Shown here piece by piece: positions 27,587 to 41,774 of a stretch of DNA of 64,000 bases. The notes under the pieces were generated by a model. It saw only the letters and a list, made by a program, of their open reading frames with translations. It searched no databases and was not told where the DNA came from. Source of the stretch: Dictyostelium discoideum. Its lineage: Eukaryota. The DNA is taken from positions 4,576,001 to 4,640,000 of the forward strand of contig CM000151.3 of the NCBI GenBank assembly GCA_000004695.1. The letters are read 5' to 3'. The first letter of the stretch is position 1. Each line of letters starts with the position of its first letter. The position numbers and the translations under genes were made by a program.

Positions 27587-27855
27587 GTTAAATTTAAAAA
27601 AACCAACCCCAAACCAAATTTTTATTTTTATTTTATTTTTATTTTTTATTTTATTTTTACTTTTTTTTTTTTTCCAAACCTCCACAATAAAAAAAAAACA
27701 AACCCAACTTGGTTTTCTTTTTTCCGTGGTTTTTTTATTTTTCATTTTTTTTTAAATAATTATAATAATCTCTCTCTCTCTCTTTTTTATATTATTATTA
27801 TTATATTATTATTATATTAAAAAAAAAAATAAAAAAATAAATAAATAAATAAAAA

Positions 27856-28544
27856 ATGATTATTAAACTTTCAATAGAAAAAGGTTTATCAGAATGCACA
27901 GATTTTAATAAAGTATTAATGTTTATTCAGCCACTCAAATTGAAATTAATAGAAACTAAAACATTAGAATATTTATATAGTTTAATTTCAAAGAAATTCA
28001 AAATAAAAAAAAGCTTCTTATTATATACTGAAGATGGTTATGCTATACCACCATCCGAAGAAGGTTCAATATTAAAGGAAATTGATAAAACATTTAAGTA
28101 AGTTTTTAATAACTTCACCCTTTAAAAAAAAAAAAAAAAAAAAAAAAAACCAAAGTGCACATATTAATTAATAATATTATTTATTTATTTATTTTTAAAA
28201 AAAAAGAGTTTTAAAATTAAATAAAGTTAAAAAAAATGAAAAAACAGATGATAGTGGTGATGATTTAATGGAAACAGATAGTGATAATAAAAATAAAAGT
28301 AGTGAAAGTGATAGTAGTGAAAGTGATAGTAGTGAAAGTGAAAGCGATAGTAGTGAAAGTGAAAGTGAAAGTGAAAGCAATGAAACTAGTGAGAATGAAT
28401 CATCCTCATCATCAGAACCAGAGTCATCATTAGCTAAAAAGAAACTCCTTATTCAACAATTAAAAAGAGATTTCCAATTAAAAGAAAAGCTTCAACAAGA
28501 ACAACAAAAACAAAAAGAAGCTCAAAAACCAAAAGAAAAGCCTC

Positions 28545-28636
<92 letters not shown>

Positions 28637-28692
28637 AAACAAAAACAAAAACAACAAAAACAACAAATTGAACAACAACATAAAAAACCACC

Positions 28693-28765
<73 letters not shown>

Positions 28766-29593
28766 GAAGAAGTACCAATAGGTATTGATGATGTTTTGAC
28801 AAATTTTAGTTACACAATTAGTTATGACAATATAGATGAACTTTTGGTTGAAGAGGAAAAAATAAAAAGAAAGGAATTGGAACAAAAGAAAAGAAAATTA
28901 CAGTCTCAATTAGATAATGATGGTCTTGCTAATAAAAATGATAATAATAGTAATAATAATAATTATAATAATAGTAATAATAATGATAGCAATAATAATA
29001 ATACTAATAAACCTTTGAGTAAAAGACAAAAGAAACTTTTAAAGAAGCAACAAAATTCATCACAAATAAAAGAAAATTATACCATTAATGCCATTAATAA
29101 TAAAAATGATAACAGCACCAATGATAGTAATAATAATAATGATAATAATAATAATAATAAAAACGATACCAATGATAGTAATAATGATGATAATAATAAT
29201 GATAAAAAGAAAAATAATAACTATTCAACATTTAAAGATTTGACAATACCAAATGTAAATGATAAAATCGCCTTCCAAAAGCATATTCTTTTAGATTATG
29301 TTTTAACAGTATCAGAGTATCTTGTATGTATAGTTGGGGAAAAAAAAAAAAAGAGAGAATACACTCTTTTAAACGTACAATCATAATATGAGGGATATTT
29401 TATTAATATATTTCATTTATAATTTTAGGAAGGAAGAATTGAAAAAATAGATTCAGATATTTTATATATTAGATTGGAACCAGGTTTCGATGACTTTGAA
29501 TTTTTGGATAATGAATTTTTTGAAGAAAGTGGTGCACTTGGGGTTCCAGTCAAATCTTTAATCAGTCCAAAATTAATTTCAGATAACAATTAA
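27856..29593 (+). CDS. Coilin homologue (Cajal-body scaffold). Exons 27856..28097, 28207..29323, 29429..29593.
   Basis: N-terminal domain MIIKLSIEKGLSECTDFNKVLMFIQPLKLKLIETKTLEYLYSLISKKFKIKKSFLLYTEDGYAIPPSEEGSILKEID parallels the coilin NTD (VRLRLQF..LVDL..C.VV.DLISLI.QRF......L.LYLEGGLLPP.ES..LV.D.D). C-terminal DKIAFQKHILLDYVLTVSEYLEGRIEKIDSDILYIRLEPGFDDFEFLDNEFFEESGALGVPVKSLISPKLI parallels the coilin Tudor-like domain (GEKIAFKLLEL....YKEGRIL...VDIEIL...KFDLVY...GAEVVEYA...I.VFWKELIDPRLI). The middle is acidic S/E, poly-Q ((CAA)n at about 28530-28790) and N-rich. Introns GTAAGT...aag and GTATGT...ttag. Confidence 0.65.
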
Positions 29594-30140
29594 GAAGAGA
29601 TATAAAAATATATATATATATTTTTTTTTTTCCACTTTTTTTTATTTAATAATTTTTTTTTTATTGGCTTTTTATTTTTTTTTTTATTTTTAATTTTTTT
29701 TTTTTTTTTTTTTAATTTTCAAAAAATAAAGGAAGAGAATACTAGGGATTTTTTGACATTTTATTAGATTAAAATAAATATTTTATTTTTTTTCATATTT
29801 ATTTTTATTTTTTATTTTTTTTATTTTTTATTTTTTTTAAATTTTTTTTTTTTTATTTTAATTTTTTTATTTATTTTTTTTTTACCTTTTTTAGAAAATA
29901 TTTTTTTAGGAGGGTTAGATTAATGGACAAAGAACGGAATATTGGCATCATGAAAGGTTCATATTTCGTTAGACCTTTTAATTTATTTTAATTTGTTTTT
30001 TTTTTTTTTCCAATTGTTTTTTTTTTTTAACTAAAATAAAAAAAAAAAAAAAAATATTTTAGTTTTAGTAATATAAACAAAAACAGACAAATTAAATATT
30101 ACATAACATAATAAAACAATTATTTATTTGAAAAATAAAT

Positions 30141-30173
<33 letters not shown>

Positions 30174-30301
30174 CAAAATAATTAATATTAATATTAAAAC
30201 TTAAATATAAAAATACAATCCTAACAAATAAAATAAAATAAAATAAAATAAAATAAAATAAAATAAAATAAAAAAATCATAAAAAAAAAAAAATAAAAAA
30301 A

Positions 30302-31553
30302 ATGGAAAAATTAATATCAGACGTAATAAATTCAAATAGTCAATATTGGATTCAAAAAAGAAATACTCACGTCATTAATGTATATGACGATTTTAAAGTT
30401 AGAGATGCTTTAAAAGTATTGGCTTCAAATAAAATTTTATCAGTTCCAGTAATTGAAAGAGCAACTGGAGATTATTTGGGTTTTATTGATATGAATGATA
30501 TTCTTCATTCAATTATTGATTCATTTTTAGCAAATAATTCTCAACAAGATGGTAATTATTATTTTTTATTATTTTTTTATTTTTTTATAAACATAAAAGA
30601 AGTACTAATAAAAGAATAATTTTTTTTTTTTTTTTTTTTTTTTTAAGGACACGATTGGGTAAGATTATGTCATGATGTTAGTGTAAGTGAAAAATTTGCA
30701 AATCAACCAGTATCGGTTTTAATAAGTATGTTTTTTTTTTTTTTTTTTTTTTTTTCAATTTTTAAAATCTAATAATTTTATTAATAACTTTATTTTTTTA
30801 TTTTTTTTTTCATATTTAGATCAAAGTAAAAAAGATTTTTTTATACCAGTTGACGAATCTGGATCAATCCATCAATTAATAGATGAAATCTTTTCAAAAG
30901 GAATCCATAGAGTAATTGTAGTCGGAGAAGATGCAAATACCAAAGGAATAATATCACAAACGGATATTCTTGAATTTATATTGGAGAATAGAGATGAAAT
31001 TAAAGGTGCTGACTTTGAAAAGCCAATTGGTCAATTAAAAGACCTTGTTGAAAAAGATGTAATAACAATTAATGCTGAAGTAATGACAATACAATGTTAT
31101 TATGTCATGATGAAACATTCAAAACAAAGTATAGCTCTAACTGGTAAACATGGTGAAATCATTGGTAATCTATCAATCACTGATCTTCGTGGCCTCGACC
31201 CTGAAAACTTTGAATTACTCTTATCGCCAGCAATAGACTTTTGGAATAAAACTAATAGTAAATCAAAGATTTGTGTTGTTCCATCAAGTACTACTTTTAA
31301 AGAGATCATTAATATCCTTTACAAGAATCGTTTGCATCGTCTTTGGTTATCTTCTAAAGAGGAAGGCGGTTGTTATGGTACTGTCACTATTGGCAATATC
31401 ATGAAATATTTCTCAAGAGATCAACATGAGGTCATCAGAAGGAATTCATTATCCTCTTCTTCAGGTTCTTTAAATTTAAATTCTTCTTCAAATTCAATCT
31501 CTAAAAAACCTTTAACTCCTGTTAAAATTTGTCCAATAGTCGAAGAAAAATAA
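30302..31553 (+). CDS. CBS-domain pair protein (AMPK-gamma/SDS23-like). Exons 30302..30551, 30648..30725, 30820..31553.
   Basis: Repeated CBS-type segments (VRDALKVLASNKILSVPVIE...GDYLGFIDMNDIL; SIHQLIDEIFSKGIHRVIVVGED..KGIISQTDILEFI; TIQCYYVMMKHSKQSIALTGKHGEIIGNLSITDL; TFKEIINILYKNRLHRLWLSSKEEGGCYGTVTIGNIM). Introns GTAATT/GTATGT...AG with consistent phases. Confidence 0.65.
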
Positions 31554-31654
31554 GAGAAATCTCTAACTCAAACATATGTATAAAACAAATAAAAAAAAAC
31601 AATAAAAAACAATAAAAAAAATAATATTTTTAAAACCTAAAATTAATTAATTTA

Positions 31655-34600
31655 TTAGCTTCTACTTTGTAATGAATGAATATTATTTTTAAACTTCATT
31701 TCCTTCTTTCTCATTACAAAATGATAGGTAACTGAGGATATTACTACTGCAGCAAATGCGACACTACCCACTACAATACCAGCAATTGCACCACCACTTA
31801 ATCCACTGGATTTTTGAGAACAAATTGAATTTGGTGATGAAGATGAACTTGATGAATGATCTAATAATACTGAGAAATCAGGATCTACTATAACTTCAGA
31901 TTTATACTGTGGTATTATAATACCAATATATGAAGATGAGAATGATTCAGAATTTGATTGAGTTTGATTATTTTCAATAACTCTATTATCGATTGGGGTA
32001 ATTAGTCCATCTGCAATACCTCTTTTTAAGAATCTTGCATACATTGAATGATCTCCAATTTGAATTTTTAAATAATCTTCGTTTGTATTATTTCCAAATT
32101 GTTGAGATGAACAAATATCGTCACTGCTAGATGATTCAAATGTTGCTGACATTAATAATTCTAATTTACTTAATCGATTTCTAAATGGATATGAATTGAT
32201 TGAAATTGTATATTTTGAAGTTGATGGGTTCATTTGTAAATTATTACCAGCGAATGATATATTTGTAGCCTTATCAAACCATTGAATAGTTACATTTGTT
32301 TGTGATATTGTAATGTCATCTCTTGTAATATTAGTTATATACAATGATGTATTATTAGTTAAATCACTGTAAATCCATTTTTCAAAGTAATAGGTATTGA
32401 TTACATTATATTCATAATCGAGTTCTCTTAAAGCTACTAATGATATTAAAGATCTAAATGTAATATCAAGATTCGATGAGGTGGTAGTTGTTCCGTTTGG
32501 TGTTGAAATTTCGGTTGATGGATCGGTTGTATTAATTGATGGTTGTGGTACAATAATAACTTTGGATGTACAGTCAATACCAACCCATGGTGTGAAACAA
32601 ACACAACCCGATGTACTAGTATCACAATAACCTTGATTTGAACCACCACATTCTGGTTTTCCTGGACATTGTGGTCTTTTAGTTGGTGTCGGTGTTGGTG
32701 TTGGTGTTGGTGTTTCAGATGAAGATTCAGATGGTGTTTGAGATGGTGTTTGAGATGGTGTTTCAGTTGGTGTTTCAGTTGGTGTTTCGGTTGGTGTTTG
32801 AGTTGGTGTTTCGGTTGGTGTTTGGGTTGGTGTTTCAGTTGGAGTTTGAGTTGGTGTTTCAGTTGGAGTTTGAGTTGGTGTTTCAGTTGGAGTTTGAGTT
32901 GGTGTTTGAGTTGGTGTTTGAGTTGGTGTTTGAGTTGGTGTTTCAGTTGGTGTTTCAGTTGGTGTTGGTGTTTGAGTTGGGGTTGGTGGATCTGGAATAA
33001 ATAATAATACTTTTTGATATGGATAAATAAAATATTCATTTGAAGATATTGATTTATCATTTTCTAATATAATACTAAAGTTACTACCTTGATCCATTTC
33101 AGAGATACCGCCTAATAAAATAGCAGCACCCCCAACAGTTTTTTTAACTTGTAATGGTTTAGTAGTTGATTTATAATTGAATGTTGCACCAGTAACTGAT
33201 TTAAATCCTTTACCTGTTAACCATAAATCACCACCTAATGTAGAAATTCTATCAGAACCTGTAATAACTGGAACATCGATTGTATATGTTGTATTTATTA
33301 AATATGGGAAACCTAATTGTTTAAAATCATTAGAGCTATAACCACTATAATATCCACCATTATTTACTAAACCATAAACTGATAATAAAATTCCAAATGG
33401 GTAACCATATGCTACTGGTAATGAAATTGAACATTGATATGATTTTGAATTTGAATTGATTATTGTTTCAGATGTAATTTGACATTGAATTGTATTGAAA
33501 TCAGTTGAAGTTAAATAAATTACTGGGTAACTATTATTTTTAACACCAGATGCTAAATTTTCAACCTCTAAATTAAATGAAACAACTCTTTCACTTAAAC
33601 CTACATCAACTACAGTTTTATCACTAGAAAATTTTTTAATTACAACTGGTGTTGGATCACTTACTTCATTTGGACAAGTAACTGATATTTTATTGATTGA
33701 TGGATCATTAAAATAGTACATAAATGGATTATAAAGAGAGTTTAAAATAAATTTATAATCACTAAATAATGAAAATGTTGAATTATTATTTTCAGTATCA
33801 AATAGTAATACATCAGAAATAATATAGTCTTGAGAAATACAAGGAGTTGATAAATTAATACCAACTGTATATACTTGTTCAAATACATCAGTTGTTGGAT
33901 ATAATGTAAAATTATAATTTGAACCATCAATTGCACCTTTAACTACAATATAACCACTTTTAAAACCATTAATTGGATCACTAATTGTTAATTTCCAACC
34001 AATTTCAGTATTAGTTTGAATTGTAACTGGTGATGAAGATGGATACTTTTGAATTCTTTTAAATATTGGACCCATTAAATCAGCATCTTTATTAAACAAT
34101 TTGAATATTAAATTAGTAATTAATTTTTTCAATAAAAATAAATAAATAAAAATTTTAACTTACTTTCTGAAATTACATTAAATGAAGCATTACTACCTAA
34201 TGCACTATTCAATACCCATTGTTTTCTATTAAAAAAGAGGGCATAAGACATTGGACCTTGTCTCGAATTTCTTGGCAAATAAAATTCAACTTGAAACATT
34301 TTAATTGTATCATTCCATTGTGCTGGCCAAGCTTTATCTAGTAATCCTTGAGGATAGATTGGATCATCATTCAAATATTCTTTTATCCATTGTTGATGAT
34401 GAACCAATAGAGATATTGGTGAATTGATATCTAAATTTGACATATTAAAATATAAAATATTACCAGCAACAACATTTGTAACATCCATTGTTTTATAAAA
34501 AATTGAAGCATTTTGAACATTATAAAAATTGAAACCTTTAAAAGCAATTAAAAAAAAGTTAGTTTATATGTAATAAAAAACAATAGTTCATTATAATATT

Positions 34601-36088
34601 ATATAGCTTACTTTCATCATAATAAGGTGGTGAAATGTAAGAATTATCAACTGCATAAAAAAAATAATCTGAAGTTGAATATTGAAGTCCATTCGCTTTA
34701 AATGTTGAAGTAATTGTCAAAGTATCAACTACCATTTCATAAATATTTTCCCCTGCATATGATTCAAGTGAAAAAATTGTATCACCAACAATTAATTTAA
34801 AAATTGGATATTGGTAACTAATATCAAATCTTAATAAATAAAATCTACCAAATAAATGAATGAATTCATTTTTATTTAATTTTGAAAATAAATTATCTAA
34901 AAGAAATAGTTTAGTGTTTTATTATAATTAGTATTGTATTGGTAAAATAAGTTTTAAAAGTTTGTAGGTTAATTAATATTTACTGGTTGGTTTTGGTGAA
35001 ACTAATTTTTTAGAGTATCCTTTGGTTGTAGTAGGAAAGTCAGAAGTAACATATAGATCACCCATTATTGGATCATTGTTGGCAATTAAAAATGACATTG
35101 AATATGTAAATCCATTTAAATTATTACCACTTTTAAAACCAAATGGGAATCTATAAGATTTTAAAGTTTGATATCTAAAATAAATTGGTTCATATTTATA
35201 AGGCCCACTTGAAAATCCGGTATTTACAATATTATCAATTTGTTCAACATTACCAAAAGTGGGTATTGTTAATGTAGATGGTAAACCTTTATAAACAATT
35301 TTTAAATAATTAATAACTTGTAAATAATATTAATAATTAATATATAATTAATATAATAAAAATTACCTGTGATATTTAATTTTACTTGATCTCTTGTCGT
35401 TGCTGTTTGGCCACTTTGTGCTGAAAAAGTATGATCTCTGAGTCCAATATAAGTAATGTAATCATATAATGCTAAATAAGTTGTGAGTGGACCATTACTA
35501 TAAATCGCTCTGTACGTTAAAAAAAGGTTATTATATTTAACAAAGGGTGTTAATTTTGTTGAATTTGTTGTAAATGTAAAAAGTGGAGCATATAAATCAC
35601 CAATAACTTGAATGTTTTGTAAATTTTCTGGGTATCTAACTACCAAAGTTGAATCATAATCTATTATTTGAAATTATAAAAGTAATTATAAGTTTTAATA
35701 AAAAAAAAAATAAAAAAACTAATATTAAATAAATAAACCTTACTATTTTTTGAAAAATAATTATCTTGGTTTGGTAAAGTATTTTGAAATTGAATTTTCA
35801 TGGATACACTCCCTGGTGAATTTAAGTTTGAAACTGCACCAAAAACTCCATGATTACTCATATATATACTTCTGCAACTTGTGCCAGATGCAGATGGCAA
35901 ATCACTAGAGAAACGGTTCTCCACACCATTTAGTTTATATTGAAGTACTAGATAACCAAAAACAGTTGCGTCCATTGGAGAAATATCAATTGCATAATTT
36001 GATGAAGTAATTACTTTTTTTAAAAGAAGTAAAAAATGAAATTAATAATTATAAAATTTGAAAATAAATAAATAAATAAATAAATCAA

Positions 36089-36139
<51 letters not shown>

Positions 36140-36543
36140 AATAAAAGGAAAAAATACCCACACAAACATGAAAGACTAAAGGTTATTGGTGAGGTTTCCC
36201 CGGCAGTATTTTGGCAATTTACGCCAAAACTTTGGTTTTCTCCAGTATCAACTTTGGATACCATACTCAACAAAGTTGAATATGATGTTTGGTTTTTTAA
36301 AGTCGTACCTGTTTCGTATATAGTAAAATTTGAAGGAGCTGTACAGGTTATTATTGTATTAGGGTTTGTTGTATCAGTTACTAAAAAATAAATAGAAATA
36401 AAACATCGATTATCTCCGCCATTTGCCCATTGTGTTTTATAATTTTTAAGTGAGGAATCTCTAACGATTAATGAACCACTTAAAAAATCAATTGAAAATA
36501 TTAATAAAAATAAAAATATAAAATTAAAAAATAATTTTTTCAT
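31655..36543 (-). CDS. Type I transmembrane glycoprotein, paralogue A of a tandem pair (about 1,450 aa, at least 7 exons). Last exon 34535..31655. Upstream exons about 34880-34600, 35290-34990, 35650-35360, 36000-35710 and 36543-36155 (exon 1, ATG at 36543).
   Basis: Signal peptide MKKLFFNFIFLFLLIFSIDFLSG. Many N-glycosylation sites. EGF-like module CPGKPECGGSNQGYCDTSTSGCVCFTPWVGIDCTS. Thr/Pro linker (PTQT/PTET)n. C-terminal TM GGAIAGIVVGSVAFAAVVISSV plus basic tail MRKKEMKF. It is about 85% identical to the gene at 37288-42186, exon for exon. Confidence 0.75.
32690..32990. repeat. Expanded (PTQT/PTET)n-encoding 12/24-nt tandem repeat in the linker of paralogue A.
   Basis: Repeated ggtgtttgagttggtgtttcagtt units. 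Paralogue B has a much shorter, more degenerate linker at about 38300-38500. The overlapping ORFs on both strands here (32446..33060, 32683..33000, 32738..33004) are repeat artefacts. Confidence 0.85.
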
Positions 36544-36668
36544 TTTATTTTAATGTATTTAAAAAAAAAAAAAAAAAAATAAAATAAAAATGAAAATAAA
36601 AAAATAAAATATTTGATGTAAAAAAAAAAAATAAAAAATAAAAAAATAAAAAAATATGTTTGCTTGGT

Positions 36669-36703
<35 letters not shown>

Positions 36704-36959
36704 AATAAATAATAAAGAAATGATGAGGAAGGTGGGACTATAAACAGGTTGGTTGTCAATATAAACGGGATGGTTGTAAAAAACTTCAGGAAACCCGCAA
36801 AAAAAAAATCTTTTTTTGAAAAAAAAAAAAAAAAATCCAAAATTGGGTTGGGTTTTTTTTTCAACATTTTTTCTTATTTTCATTAAAATTGTATACCAAA
36901 ACGATTGATCAATAAATATAACACATTGTTCTTAGTTATTTATTATTTTACTTGAAAAA

Positions 36960-37078
36960 CAGATCTATCATAATTATTTCCTTTATATCTTTTTACAAAA
37001 TGAAAGGTAATTAATACCGCATCAATTGTAACACTATCAACCACAATACCAGCAATTTCACCACACCACCGAATTTTC
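36960..37078 (-). pseudogene. Relic copy of the C-terminal TM/tail-encoding end of the paralogous glycoprotein genes, lying between the two paralogues.
   Basis: 36965-37075 (ctttttacaaaatgaaaggtaattaataccgcatcaattgtaacactatcaaccacaataccagcaatttcaccacaccaccg) aligns to 37340-37440 and 31690-31800 (the TM helix plus stop region), but is disrupted. Confidence 0.5.
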
Positions 37079-37287
37079 GAAATCAAACCAAATTTTCATT
37101 TTTTTTTATTTTTTTTATTTTATTTTTTTTAAATTTTTTTTTTTTAAAATTTTATTTATTTTTAATATGAATTTAGTGTGTTATAGATGATATAAATAAT
37201 AATAATAATAATAATAATAATAATTTTTTATTTTATTAAATTTACCAAAAAGATGATAAATATAATACATTCTTTATTAGTTATTTA

Positions 37288-40015
37288 TTATTTTACTTTT
37301 TCCAATTTATTTGTAATGGATCTATTAAATTTATTTTCTTGATTCCTTTTTACAAAATGAAAGGAAAGTGAGAATATTACTACTGCAGCAAATGTGACAC
37401 TACCTATTACAATACCAGCAATTTCACCACCACTTAATCCACTGGATTTTTTAGAACAAATTGAATTTGGTGATGAAGATGAACTTGATGAATGATCTAA
37501 TAATACTGAGAAATCAGGATCTACTATAACTTTAGATTTATACTGTGGTATTATAATACCAATATATGAAGATGAGAATGATTCAGAATTTGATTGAGTT
37601 TGATTATTTTCAATAACTCTATTATCGATTGGGGTAATTAGTCCATCTGCAATACCTCTTTTTAAGAATCTTGCATACATTGAATGATCTCCAATTTGAA
37701 TTTTTAAATAATCTTCGTTTGTATTATTTCCAAATTGTTGAGATGAACAAATATCGTCACTGCTAGATGATTCAAATGTTGCTGACATTAATAATTCTAA
37801 TTTACTTAATCGATTTCTAAATGGATATGAATTGATTGAAATTGTATATTTTGAAGTTGATGGGTTCATTTGTAAATTATTACCAGCGAATGATATATTT
37901 GTAGCCTTATCAAACCATTGAATAGTTACATTTGTTTGTGATATTGTAATGTCATCTCTTGTAATATTAGTTATATACATAGATGTATTATTAGTTAAAT
38001 CACTGTAAATCCATTTTTCAAAGTAATAGGTATTGATTACATTATATTCATAATCGAGTTCTCTTAAAGCTACTAATGATATTAAAGATCTAAATGTAAT
38101 ATCAAGATTCGATGAGGTAGTAGTTGTTCCGTTTGGTGTTGAAATTTCGGTTGATGGATCGGTTGTATTAATTGATGGTTGTGGTACAATAATAACTTTG
38201 GATGTACAGTCAATACCAACCCATGGTGTGAAACAAACACAACCCGATGTACTGGTATCACAATAACCTTGATTTGAACCACCACATTCTGGTTTTCCTG
38301 GGCATTGTGGTTTTTTAGTTGGTGTTTGAGTTGGAGTTTGAGTTGGTGTTTGAGATGGTGTTTCAGATGGTGTTTCAATGGGGGTTTCAGATGGTGTTTG
38401 AGTTGGTGTTTCCGTTGGTGTTTGAGATGGTGTTGGAATTGGAGTTGAAGGGTCTGGTGTTACAGTTGGTGTTGGAGTTGGTGATGGAGTTTCTGGTTCA
38501 CGAGTTGGTACATAATTCAATACTTTTTGATATGGATAAATAAAATATTCATTTGAAGATATTGATTTATCATTTTCTAAAATAATACTAAAGTAGGTAC
38601 CTGGATCCATTTCAGTGATACCGCCTAATAAAATAGCAGCACCTCCAATAATTTTGTTAACTTGTAATGGTTTAGTAGTTGATTTATAATTGAATGTTGC
38701 ACCAGTAACTGATTTAAATCCTTTACCTGTTAACCATAAATCACCACCAAATGTTGAAATTCTATCGGAACCTGTAATAACTGGAATATCGATTGTATAG
38801 GTTGTATTAATAAAATATTGGAAACCTAATTTATTAATATCATCAGAGCTATAACCACTGTAGTATCCACCATTATTTACTAAACCATAAACTGACAATA
38901 AAATTCCAAATGGGTAACCGAATGCTACTGGTAATGAAGCTGAACATTGATATGATTTTGATTTTGGTGTTATTATTGTTTCAGATGTAATTTGACATTG
39001 AATTGTATCGAAATCAGTTGCAGTTAAATAAATTACTGGGTAACTATTATTTTTTACACCAGATGCTAAATTTTCAACTTCTAAATAAAATGGAACGATT
39101 CTATAGCTTAAACCTACATCAACTGTTTTATTACCACAAACAAAATTTTTAATTACAACTGGTGTTGGATCATATACCTCATTTGGACAAGTAACTGATA
39201 TTTTATTGATTGATGGATCACCGAGATAATTCATAAATGGATTAAAAAGTGATAATCCTATGAATTTGTCATCATTAAATAATGTAAATGTTGAATTATT
39301 ATTTTCAGTATCAAATAGTAATACATCAGAAATAATATAGTCTTGAGAAATACAAGGAGTTGATAAATTAATACCAACTGTATATACTTGTTCGAATATA
39401 TTATTTGTTGGATTAATAGTAAAATTATAATTTGAACCATCAATTGCACCTTTAACTACAATATAACCACTTTTAAAACCATTAATTGGATCACTAATTG
39501 TTAATTTCCAACCGATCTCAGTATTAGTTTGAGTTATAACTGGTGATGATGATGATGGATACTTTTCAATATTTTTAAATATTGGACCTAGCAAATCCAT
39601 TTTTTCAGAAATTACATTAAATTGAGCATCACTACCAAATGCATTATTTAAAACAAATACATTTCTTTTAAAAAAGAGTGCATACGGTAAATTTCCACTT
39701 TTAGAATTTCTTGGCAAATAAAACTCTGCTTGAAACATTCTAATTGTTTCATTCCATTTTGCTGGCCAAACTTTATGATACAATTCAGATGGAATTGTTT
39801 GGTCTTGGATGGTTTGGAATTTTTGTGTTGATGGTTGGTGGTGAATAAATAAACTCAATGGTGAATCAATATCTATATTTGTCAAATTAAAATAAAGAAT
39901 ATTTCCTGCAACTGAATTTGTTACATTCATTGTTTTAAAAAGTATTGATGCATTTCTAATATCATACATATTGAAACCTATAATTAAAATTATTGTTTTA
40001 ATAATTTAGTTATTT

Positions 40016-40052
<37 letters not shown>

Positions 40053-40353
40053 TTTAAAACATACCCAATTCAAAAACAGGTGGTACTATAAATGGACAAT
40101 CAAAATTATTTAGGTAGTTGAAATCATTAAATGGACTTAAAATACTATTTGCACTAAATGGAGCCACAGGTTTAAGTGTATCTACAACTATTTCATAAAT
40201 ACCATCTCCTGCAAGTGATTGCAATGAATAAATTGAAGTACCCAATAAAAATTTAAAAACTTTGTAGCTATAACTAATATCAAGTCTAAGTAAATAAAAT
40301 CTATCATATTTATAAATGAATTGATTTGAATTAAATGTTGGGTAAGTTGAATC

Positions 40354-40387
<34 letters not shown>

Positions 40388-40879
40388 ATTAAAATTTAAA
40401 TAATATTAACGAGTTAGAATAATTAAATATTGAAGAGATAGGAGGAATTTCCTTATAAATAGTAATTAAAAAATGATATATATTTACTGGTTGACTCAGG
40501 TGAAACTAATATTTTGGTGTATCCATTAACTATGTATCCTGTATCTGAAGTTACACTAAATGTACCCATTAATGGATCATTTTTTGCAATTAAAAATGAC
40601 ATTGAATAATTAAATCCATTTAAATTATTACCAATTTTAAATCCAAATGGGAATCTATAAGTTCTTAATGTTTGGTATTTTAAATAAATTGGTTCATAAT
40701 TATAAGGACCGCTTGAAAACCCAGTATTTACAATATTTCTATCTTGAGTAACAAAATATCTTGAAGTTTCGCTATTCAATGGTATTGATAATGTTGTTTT
40801 ATAACCTATATCAAAATTTTCAAATAAAAATTCAATTAGTTTAATTCTATATATATATTTTTTTTTTAAAAAAAAAATA

Positions 40880-40948
<69 letters not shown>

Positions 40949-41719
40949 GAATAGTAAAAATAATAAATAATAATAGTTACCTGTGATATTATATTGTACT
41001 GAATCCCTTAAAGTACAAGATGCTTGATCTTGAGCGCAAAAAGTATAGTTAGTTAATACGCCATCATATGGTCTGTAATCATATAAACCTAAATAGGTTG
41101 TTGATAAATTATTGCCACCAATTATTCTAAAAATTGCAAATTGATTTGTAAAAAAATTGACCCAGGGCGACATATATGTTGAATTTGATGTAAATATAAA
41201 AAGAGGAGCATATAAATCACCCAAAACTTGAATATTTTGAGTTAATACCAATCTTGAAACACTCACTTTATCATAATCTAAAAAAAATTAATATTTAAAA
41301 TCGAAATTATGTATACATAATGTTCAAAAGTTAGAGTTTAAAAATAAATGAAAAAATAATAAAGAATAAAAAAAAAAAAACATTATTAAATAATAATTAT
41401 CTTACTTGTAAGAGAGTAATAATTAGGTGAAGTTACAGTTATAGTATCTTCAATTTCGGCTGATATAAATCCAGGACCATTTAATAACATAGGAGATAGA
41501 AATAATGCTTTACTCTGATAAATTGCAGCCATTCCAGTTCCTTTGCTATTTGGAATTTTACTATATGACTTTCCTTCAACTCCATTTAAATAAAATTGGA
41601 GGAGTATAAAACCAAATGGTGAGGCATTCATTCCTGAGAAAACAACTCCATTATTTGCAGTGGTAAGTTCTTTTTAAAAAAAAAAAAAAAAATTAAAAAA
41701 ATAAAATTAAAATTAAATT

Positions 41720-41774
<55 letters not shown>

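Noticed and set aside
32446-33060. Three overlapping ORFs on both strands in the Thr/Pro linker of glycoprotein paralogue A, and similar ones at 38082..38543 in paralogue B.
   Set aside because: A 12-nt periodic repeat keeps all frames open. Only the minus sense frame connects to flanking exons.
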